The notes under the pieces are model-generated. The model saw nothing but the letters and a program-made list of their open reading frames with translations. It did no database searches and was not told the origin of the DNA. From contig DASVZU010000338.1 of NCBI GenBank assembly GCA_036391515.1, positions 1 through 43,575 on the forward strand: DNA of 43,575 nucleotides, read 5' to 3'. This document shows positions 37,397 to 43,575 of this stretch, piece after piece (the first letter of the stretch is position 1; each line of letters starts with the position of its first letter). Source of the DNA: Holophagaceae bacterium. Lineage in GTDB: Bacteria; Acidobacteriota; Holophagae; Holophagales; Holophagaceae. The position numbers were made by a program, and so were the translations under genes.

Positions 37397-37966
37397 TCAG
37401 AAGGCCAGGGAGCCCTTCTCCGCCAGCTCCACCAGGGCCTCGGCCATCCGCTGGCCCGCCTTCGGAGGAGTCTCCACGATGGTGCCCACCAGCTTCTGAT
37501 TTCCACCCGGCTGGAGGGCGAAGAGGTAGAAGGTGGGCACCCGGTTCACCGGCTGGGGGGGACAGCCCTTGGGCCAGGTCGCAGTCTCCAGCTTCTTGTC
37601 CCGATAGACGCCCAGGTAGTGCACCTCGATGAAGGGATTGGGATCCGCCTCGAGGGCCAGCAGGTCCGGCAGTTCCCGCTGGCTGTCCCCGCACCAGGAG
37701 CCGAATACCGCCACCAGGGTGAGCGGCTGCTTCACGGCCTTCCAGCGGACCCGGAGGGCGTCTGGAACCTGCGCCGCCGCGGTGGCGTCCCGGAAAACCG
37801 CCCGATGGGCCAGGATGGCCTCGCGGGTGGTGGCTCCCAGCAGGAGCGGCTGGTGATCCTTCGCGTCGCAGGGAAGCTCTCCGGCCTTGGCCGGAGGAAC
37901 CATGGGTGGCGGCGTGGCGGGCTGCGCCCCGAGCAGGGTGGCCGTGAGCAGGAAGGCGGATTTCAT
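37397..37966 (-). CDS. Exported thioredoxin-family protein (CxxS, WCGDS)
   Basis: Signal peptide, FGSWCGDS, RVPTF cis-Pro motif; AGGAG RBS and TAGCAT -10. Confidence 0.85.
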   Translation of the reverse strand: MKSAFLLTATLLGAQPATPPPMVPPAKAGELPCDAKDHQPLLLGATTREAILAHRAVFRDATAAAQVPDALRVRWKAVKQPLTLVAVFGSWCGDSQRELPDLLALEADPNPFIEVHYLGVYRDKKLETATWPKGCPPQPVNRVPTFYLFALQPGGNQKLVGTIVETPPKAGQRMAEALVELAEKGSLAF

Positions 37967-38000
37967 GGGCGGCTCCTGGGCCCCATGCTACCCCCGCGAC

Positions 38001-38033
38001 AAACTTGACTCAATCACTCAGGAATACTAGCCT
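38001..38033 (+). promoter_or_regulatory. Sigma70 promoter (TTGACT-N17-TAGCCT) overlapped by an IscR type-1-like operator
   Basis: -35 at 38005-38010, -10 at 38028-38033; 38001-38025 AAACTTGACTCAATCACTCAGGAAT resembles the IscR type-1 motif as I recall it. Confidence 0.7.
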
Positions 38034-38050
38034 GGGCTTGGAGTCGTCCC

Positions 38051-38557
38051 GTGAAGATCTCGGCCCGAGGCAGGTACAGCATGCAGGCCCTGTTCGACCT
38101 GGCCCACCACAGCCACGGCCAGCCGGTCCCCCTCCATGTCATCGCCGAGCGCCAGAAGCTCTCCCTGCCCTTCCTCGAGCAGATCTTCAACAAGCTCAAG
38201 AAGGCCGGCATCGTGGCCAGCGTGCGCGGCCCCAAGGGCGGCTACATCCTCACGCGCCCCTGCAACCAGGTGAGCGTGGGCGAGGTGCTGCGCCTCACGG
38301 ACAGCAGCTTCTACGCCGCCGCCAAGGAGGATCCCCAGAGCGCCAACCGGGTGCTGATGGCCGACGAGAAGATGAGCCGCATGCTCTGGAACCGGCTGTC
38401 CGACCACATCTCCGCCTTCATGGAGAAGGTCACCTTCGCGGACCTCTGCTCCGAGACCGCCAGCAACACCTGCCCGGACTGCACCTGCCCCGAGTACGTG
38501 AAGGATGTGCAGGGCCAGCTGGTGCGGGGCGAACGAAAGGCCTGCGGCGTCATTTGA
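38051..38557 (+). CDS. Rrf2 family transcriptional regulator (IscR-like)
   Basis: KISARGRY, IAERQ.LS..FLEQIF..LKKAG.V.SVRGPKGGY; C-terminal C-x7-CPDCTC...C. Confidence 0.93.
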   Translation: MKISARGRYSMQALFDLAHHSHGQPVPLHVIAERQKLSLPFLEQIFNKLKKAGIVASVRGPKGGYILTRPCNQVSVGEVLRLTDSSFYAAAKEDPQSANRVLMADEKMSRMLWNRLSDHISAFMEKVTFADLCSETASNTCPDCTCPEYVKDVQGQLVRGERKACGVI

Positions 38558-39405
38558 GCAATCCCTGCGCCCTTCCCAGCCTGGCCCTGCCCCCCACCGA
38601 GGCCGAGCTGAAGACCCTGCCCCGGCTGGAGAAGAAGCTGGCCCGGCGGGTGGGCGAGACCAACGCCGCCTACAACCTCATCGTTGAAGGCGACCGCATC
38701 CTCGTGGCCGTGAGCGGCGGCAAGGATTCCTGGGCCCTGCTGGACATCCTGGAGCGGCTCCGGAAGCGGGCCCCGGTGACCTTCCAGGTGGAAGCCGTCA
38801 CGGTGGACCCGGGCTTCCCCCAGTTCAACCCCGATCCCATCGCCGAGGTGTGTGAGGGGATGGGCGTGCCGCACCACATCATCGCGGCTCCCATCGACAA
38901 GATGGTGCGGACCAAGCCCGAGGAGCTGCCCTGCATCATCTGCTCCCGGCTGCGGCGAGGCGTGCTCTACTCCTTCGCCAAGCAGCACGGCTACTCGAAG
39001 ATCGCCCTGGGCCACCACCTGGACGACCTGATCGAGACCCTGCTCATCAACCTCTTCTTCGAGGGGCGGCTCAGCACCATGCCCCTGCGCCTGGAGAGCG
39101 ACGACGGCGCCAACACCGTCATCCGCCCCCTGGGCACCTGCGAAGAGAAGGATCTCCAGCGCTACGCCTGGCTGCGGGGCTTCCCCATCGTGCCCTGCGG
39201 CTGCCCCCTCTGCGGCTGCTCCAGCCTGGAAAGCCGCCGCAAGCAGGCCAAGGAGCTCATCGCCGCCCTTGAGCGCAGCATCCCCCGCCTCAAGGCCTCC
39301 ATGCTCGGCGCCATGGGCAACGTGAAGCTCAGCCACCTGCTCGACCTGAACCTCGGCGCCCTGAGCGCCAAGGGCGTGGACGAGGCCGTCGAGCGGCTGG
39401 GCTAG
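38554..39405 (+). CDS. ttcA: tRNA 2-thiocytidine(32) synthetase
   Basis: PP-loop SGGKDS, CIICSRLRRG, ALGHHLDD, IRPL, CGCPLCGC; TTG start overlaps the Rrf2 stop. Confidence 0.9.
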   Translation: MSNPCALPSLALPPTEAELKTLPRLEKKLARRVGETNAAYNLIVEGDRILVAVSGGKDSWALLDILERLRKRAPVTFQVEAVTVDPGFPQFNPDPIAEVCEGMGVPHHIIAAPIDKMVRTKPEELPCIICSRLRRGVLYSFAKQHGYSKIALGHHLDDLIETLLINLFFEGRLSTMPLRLESDDGANTVIRPLGTCEEKDLQRYAWLRGFPIVPCGCPLCGCSSLESRRKQAKELIAALERSIPRLKASMLGAMGNVKLSHLLDLNLGALSAKGVDEAVERLG

Positions 39406-40004
39406 CCGGAACGCTTCGCGACGCACAATCCGTCCATCATCAGCTGCCACACGTCGTTGTAGGCCGCATCGATGGCCGGATCGGCCCACTCGGCGACGTG
39501 GGCGGGATGGTGGAACCGGGACGTGGCGAACAGCACCGCTCGGCCGGCGGCCACAGGATCGACGGAACGGAACGTGCCCTCCTTCACGCCGGCGTCGATC
39601 ACCGCCGCAGCCAGCCCGACCAGGTTGTCCAGGTGGGCGGCGATGGCGGACTGGGCTCCGACCGCCAGGCTCCGATAGGCGGCGAGCAGTTCCGGGTCGT
39701 CGGCCGCCAGGCGGCGCTTGGCGGCGATCAGCGCGTCGAAGAGCCGTCGAAGCCGCTGTGGGGCCGGGCCCGGCCGGGTGGTGATGGTCCGCAGGGGGGC
39801 CAGGATCCCCTCCAGCCACCGGCTCACGACCAGGTCCCTCAGTTCGGCCTTGTTCGCCACGTGCCGGTAGACGGCGGCATGGCTCACCCCCAGGGCCCGG
39901 GCCACATCCACCACGGTCGCCTTGGCAGGGCCGAAGCGGCGGAGGACGTCCTCCGCCGCGACCAGGATCCGCTCCCGGGTGAGCGGGGCGTCAGCAGGGG
40001 ACAT
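39402..40004 (-). CDS. TetR family transcriptional regulator
   Basis: RERILVAAEDVLRRFG...TVVDVARALGVSHAAVYRH; GGGAGG RBS. Confidence 0.93.
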   Translation of the reverse strand: MSPADAPLTRERILVAAEDVLRRFGPAKATVVDVARALGVSHAAVYRHVANKAELRDLVVSRWLEGILAPLRTITTRPGPAPQRLRRLFDALIAAKRRLAADDPELLAAYRSLAVGAQSAIAAHLDNLVGLAAAVIDAGVKEGTFRSVDPVAAGRAVLFATSRFHHPAHVAEWADPAIDAAYNDVWQLMMDGLCVAKRSG

Positions 40005-40070
40005 GGGGACCTCCCGGCACACCGGCGCCCATCCCCGGCGGCCACCGGGAGGCGAGCAGGGATCCGGCCA

Positions 40071-40964
40071 TCATCCATGCCCCTCCGACGGCGCCGCGAC
40101 GATCCCGTCCAGCTCCGCCAGGAGCTCCAAGGACAGCGCCAGCTGTCCGGCGGCCAGGTTCTCGCGGAGGTGGCTGACCGACGATGTGCCGGGGATCAGC
40201 AGGATGTTGGGCGACCGGTGCAGCAGCCAGGCCAGTGCGACCTGCATCGGCGTGGCCCCGAGCCGGCCCGCGACCTTCGAGAGCGTGGACGACTGCAGCG
40301 GCGTGAACCCGCCGAGCGGGAAGAACGGCACGTACGGAATGCCCTTCCGGGCCAGGTCGTCGATCAGGGCGTCATCGTGGCGGCAGGCGAGGTTGTAGTG
40401 GTTCTGCACGCAGACGATGTCGGTGATCGCCTGTGCCTCGGCGATCTGGGCGGCCGTGACGTTGCTCAGGCCGATGTGGCGGATCAGCCCCTGGCGCTGG
40501 AGATCGGCCAGCACAGCCACCTGCTCGGCGATCGACCCCTCTCTGGGGCCGTGGACCGACCCCATCGCGCGGTAGTTGACGATGTCGAGCGCGTCCAGCC
40601 CCAGGCTGCGAAGGTTGTCGTGGACCCCCGCGGTCAGCTCTTCGCGGGAGATGGCCGGCTGCCACGACTTGTCGGGCGGCCGGCGGGCTCCGAGCTTCGT
40701 GACGATCACCAGGCCGGCCGGATAGGGATGGAGGGCCTTCCGGATGATCTGGTTGGTGACATGCGGGCCGTAGAAGTCGGAGGTGTCGATATGGTCCACG
40801 CCGACCTCGATGGCCTCGCGGAGGACGGCCACGGCCCCGTCCGGGTCCCTGGGCGGTCCCCACACACCGGGGCCGGCCAACTGCATCGCGCCGTAGCCCA
40901 TTCGTCGGACCGTCCAGGGCGTACCGGGGAAGGCGAACCGGCCGCCGAGCTTGGCTTCACTCAT
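40071..40964 (-). CDS. Aldo/keto reductase
   Basis: GYGAMQL, DTSDFYG, VTKLG, IGLSN, QNHYN, LIPGTSS...LRENL; AGGAAAGGAG RBS. Confidence 0.94.
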   Translation of the reverse strand: MSEAKLGGRFAFPGTPWTVRRMGYGAMQLAGPGVWGPPRDPDGAVAVLREAIEVGVDHIDTSDFYGPHVTNQIIRKALHPYPAGLVIVTKLGARRPPDKSWQPAISREELTAGVHDNLRSLGLDALDIVNYRAMGSVHGPREGSIAEQVAVLADLQRQGLIRHIGLSNVTAAQIAEAQAITDIVCVQNHYNLACRHDDALIDDLARKGIPYVPFFPLGGFTPLQSSTLSKVAGRLGATPMQVALAWLLHRSPNILLIPGTSSVSHLRENLAAGQLALSLELLAELDGIVAAPSEGHG

Positions 40965-41003
40965 CGCGCTGCTCCTTTCCTGTGCTGACACGAGACACGA
41001 GGA

Positions 41004-41046
41004 AAGGTACTTCATGCGCTACAAAAATCAAATATTGAAATCTGTA
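41004..41046 (-). promoter_or_regulatory. Promoter (TTGATT-N16-TACCTT) with overlapping inverted repeat, a likely TetR operator
   Basis: AT-rich imperfect palindrome TACAAAAATCAA-ATA-TTGAAATCTGTA (41020-41046, 9 of 12 pairs) covering the -35 of the AKR-tetR operon. Confidence 0.6.
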
Positions 41047-41100
41047 ACATCGCGGACACACTGCCGGATCCCGCGGTGAACGACACGGCCCAGGATCCGG

Positions 41101-42291
41101 CTAATCCAAGGCCAGCCACAGCCCCTTGAGGTAGAACCCCTCGGGGTGGTTCAGGGCGTAGGGGTGGTCGGCAGGCTGGCCCAGGTGGGCCAGGACGCGA
41201 GCCTCGCGGCCGGCCTCCAGCAGGGCGGTCCACACCGCCTCCTGGAACCGGGCGCGGTCCAGGTGCTGGCTGCAGGAGAACACCCACAGGAGGCCGCCGG
41301 GCGCCGTGGCGCGGGCGCCGAGGCGGAAGACGTCCTTGTAGGCCTTGAAGGCCTTGTCCACGTCCTTGCGCTGCTTGGCGAAGGCGGGGGGATCCACGAT
41401 CACGCGATCCCAGGCGCCGGGTTCCAGCTGGCGCATCAGCTCGAAGGCATCGCCCTCCATGCGGAGGTGGGCGGCCGGATCCAGGCCGTTGGCGGCCCAG
41501 TCCCGCTCCGCCTGGTCCAGGGCCGGGGCGCTGATGTCCAGGGTCGCCACTTCCACGGCGCCACCGAGGCCCGCGTGGATGCTGAAGCCGCCCGTGTAGC
41601 CGAAGGCGTTGAGCACCCGGCAGCCTTCGGCATGGGAGCCCACCTGCAGACGGTGGGCCCGCTGGTCCAGGAAGAAGCCCGTCTTCTGGCCCCGCAGCAG
41701 GTCCACGCTGAGCTTCGCTGCGCCCTCATGCACGGTGACGGGCCCGGCCAGGCTGCCTTTCAGCAGGCGGTTCACGGGATCGAGGCCCTCTTCCCGGCGG
41801 CCTGACTGGCTGCGCTCCACGAAGGCCGTGAGGCCCTCGCGCTTGGCAATCTCCCACAGCACCGGCCACCAGGCATCCCGCAGGGCCTCCAGGCCCGCCG
41901 TGCCCACCTGGAGCACCAGGGCGTGGGCGTAGCGGTCCACCACCAGCCCCGGCAGCCCGTCCCCCTCGCCGAACACCCAGCGGCAGCCGCCCTGGGGATC
42001 CCAGAGGCCCAGCTGCTTGCGCATGGCCAGGGCCGATTCGAAGCGGGCGCGGAAGAAAGCCTGGTCCAGGGGGCCGTCGTCGAAGCGGAAGATCCGCGCC
42101 GCCAGGGGGTTCGTGGCGCTGGCGGTGCCCACGCCCAGCACGCTCCCCGAATCGTCCGCCACCCGCACCACGGAGGCCGGGGCCGGAGCGGCCAGGGCCC
42201 CGCTGTAGATCCAGGGATGCCGCTTGGAGAGCAGGGCCTCCTTGCCGGGCTTGAGGCGGAGGAGCGGATAGGGCCAGCGCGGGGTGTCCAT
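41101..42291 (-). CDS. rlmI: RlmI-like SAM-dependent rRNA methyltransferase
   Basis: RHPWIYSG PUA region, GEGDGLPGLVVDRY, GQKTGFFLDQR, NAFGYTGGF, DPPAF, FSCS, DHP...YLKG. Confidence 0.9.
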   Translation of the reverse strand: MDTPRWPYPLLRLKPGKEALLSKRHPWIYSGALAAPAPASVVRVADDSGSVLGVGTASATNPLAARIFRFDDGPLDQAFFRARFESALAMRKQLGLWDPQGGCRWVFGEGDGLPGLVVDRYAHALVLQVGTAGLEALRDAWWPVLWEIAKREGLTAFVERSQSGRREEGLDPVNRLLKGSLAGPVTVHEGAAKLSVDLLRGQKTGFFLDQRAHRLQVGSHAEGCRVLNAFGYTGGFSIHAGLGGAVEVATLDISAPALDQAERDWAANGLDPAAHLRMEGDAFELMRQLEPGAWDRVIVDPPAFAKQRKDVDKAFKAYKDVFRLGARATAPGGLLWVFSCSQHLDRARFQEAVWTALLEAGREARVLAHLGQPADHPYALNHPEGFYLKGLWLALD

Positions 42292-42313
42292 GGTTCCAGG
42301 GTACCCTCAGGGG
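42292..42313. promoter_or_regulatory. Bidirectional promoter with palindromic -10 (AGGGTACCCT)
   Basis: TACCCT on both strands, each followed by exactly 6 nt and then the ATG of the flanking gene. Confidence 0.65.
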
Positions 42314-43477
42314 ATGCGCCTCGCCGTCCTTCTCGCCTTCCTTCTCGTTCCCATCCGCCTCCACGCGGCCCCGCCAGCCGAACTCGCCCCGGTGCTGATC
42401 ATCAGCGAGGACGGCCTGGGCGCTGACGAATTCCGCCCGGACACCATGCCGAAACTCTGGGCCATGGCCGCGGCCGGCCGGGGCGGCGCCGTCCTGCCCC
42501 CCTTCCCCGCCACCACCTTCAATGGCCACGTGACCCTGGCCACCGGCTGCTGGCCCGAGCACCACGGCGTGGTGGCCAACGCCTACGTCGACCCCTCGGA
42601 CCACCACCTGGTCCGGGCCGCCTCCCGCGTCGAGGACATCCAGCGCGAGCCCCTGTGGGTGGCCGCGACCCGCAGCGGCGTGCGCACGGCGGTGTACCAC
42701 TGGGTAGGGGCCACGGGTCCCTGGCAGGGCGTCTCCCCGTGGCGCATGCAGGCTTTCCGCCTGGACCATCCCGACACCGAGGGCATGGCCTGGTGCGAAT
42801 CGGCCCTGACGGATGGCGCGAACCTGGTGATGGCCTACCTCTCCGGCACGGACGAGGAGGGCCACCTGCACGGCCCCGGCAGCCCGGAGGTGAAGGCCAA
42901 GCTGAAGCAGCTGGATGACGAGCTGGCCCCCTGGCTCACCCGGCTGAGGGCAGAACACCCCGGCCTGCGCGTCCTCCTCACCGCGGACCACGGCATGGCG
43001 CCCATGCGCCGCCGCATCTCCCTGCCCGACGTGCTGAAGGGCCTCCCGGTGGAGCTGATCACCCACGGCGGCAGCGCCTATGTCTACCTCCATCGGCCGG
43101 CGGATGCCCGGCGCGCGGCGACCCGCCTGAGGAAGGCCGGTCTCACGGTGTGGCCCCGCGCCGAGGTGCCCGCCCGCTACCACCTGGGCGGGAGCGCCCG
43201 GGTGGGCGACCTCGTGGTGCTGGCGCCCGAGGGCACCTGGCTCTCCCAGGCCCGCACCGCCCGGGAGGCCGCGACCGAGCGTCACGGGCGCGCGGGGGCC
43301 CACGCCTACGTGCCGGAGGTCGCCGCCATGCGGGCCTGGCTCGTGGTGCTGGGCGACGGCCAGGGCCCCCTGGCCGACGTCCCCGCCTGGGACGTGGCTC
43401 CGACGGTGGCGCAGTGGCTGGGCGTCACCTGGGCCCAGGCGCCCGACGGACACCCCGTCTCGGCGCTGGTCCGCTAG
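42314..43477 (+). CDS. Exported alkaline-phosphatase-superfamily nucleotide pyrophosphatase/phosphodiesterase
   Basis: Signal peptide; SEDG, PATTFNGH..LATG...HGVVAN, DEEGHLHG, ADHGM, GAH metal motifs. Confidence 0.9.
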   Translation: MRLAVLLAFLLVPIRLHAAPPAELAPVLIISEDGLGADEFRPDTMPKLWAMAAAGRGGAVLPPFPATTFNGHVTLATGCWPEHHGVVANAYVDPSDHHLVRAASRVEDIQREPLWVAATRSGVRTAVYHWVGATGPWQGVSPWRMQAFRLDHPDTEGMAWCESALTDGANLVMAYLSGTDEEGHLHGPGSPEVKAKLKQLDDELAPWLTRLRAEHPGLRVLLTADHGMAPMRRRISLPDVLKGLPVELITHGGSAYVYLHRPADARRAATRLRKAGLTVWPRAEVPARYHLGGSARVGDLVVLAPEGTWLSQARTAREAATERHGRAGAHAYVPEVAAMRAWLVVLGDGQGPLADVPAWDVAPTVAQWLGVTWAQAPDGHPVSALVR

Positions 43478-43575
43478 AGGACCGCGGCGTCCTGGATCAG
43501 CACCGGCTTCGCTGGCAGGGCCGGGAAGTCGCTCCGGGCGTGGCTGATCTTCACGTGGGCGATGCGATCCACCAC
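43474..43575 (-). CDS. C-terminal fragment of a probable cyclophilin-type peptidyl-prolyl isomerase
   Basis: VVDRIAHVKI...PAKPVLIQDAAVL* resembles the bacterial PpiA/B C-terminus; only 33 residues visible. Confidence 0.55.
   Translation of the reverse strand: MVDRIAHVKISHARSDFPALPAKPVLIQDAAVL

Noticed and set aside
40974-41007. CCTTTCCT...AGGAAAGG hairpin that could sequester the AKR RBS
   Set aside because: The anti-SD arm overlaps the predicted -10, so it is probably not transcribed.
1-43575. Frequent GGATCC/CCGGATCC palindromes as a HIP-like repeat
   Set aside because: Plausibly explained by codon pairs (CGG-ATC, GAT-CCG); a Markov-corrected count is needed and I could not run it.

Overview
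GC-rich (~70%) bacterial chromosomal segment. Gene content and style suggest Acidobacteriota/Holophagae (Geothrix/Holophaga-like), which is an inference. It contains about 42 CDS; I found no rRNA, tRNA, CRISPR, IS or prophage. Left part: an aldehyde dehydrogenase, a single-domain response regulator and a ~1800-aa hybrid PAS/GAF histidine kinase, divergent from a complete F7-type chemosensory operon (mcp-cheW-STAS-mcpA-like-cheY-cheA-cheR-cheD-cheB-STAS). That operon ends in a membrane-anchored PP2C phosphatase/anti-sigma kinase fusion. Middle: LigB-type dioxygenase, pdxJ-DUF4388-cheZ-like operon, FAH hydrolase, xerC, acyl-CoA synthetase, ybjQ-like gene, a Cys/His-rich membrane protein, UbiA/MqnP prenyltransferase, M23 peptidase plus bactofilin, fabF, acpP, xerD. 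Right part: EamA transporter, an HTH-less WYL protein with a histone-H1-like tail, two orphan family-5 solute-binding proteins, thioredoxin, an IscR-like Rrf2 with relocated cysteines plus ttcA, a TetR/aldo-keto reductase pair, rlmI, an NPP-family phosphodiesterase and a partial cyclophilin. Most notable: the sensor-fused partner-switching module on the che operon, the H1-tailed WYL protein, the atypical IscR-ttcA operon with its operator, the DUF4388/HAMP-CheZ pair, and a symmetric bidirectional leaderless promoter between rlmI and the NPP gene. All calls come from motif recognition by eye; no database search was run.
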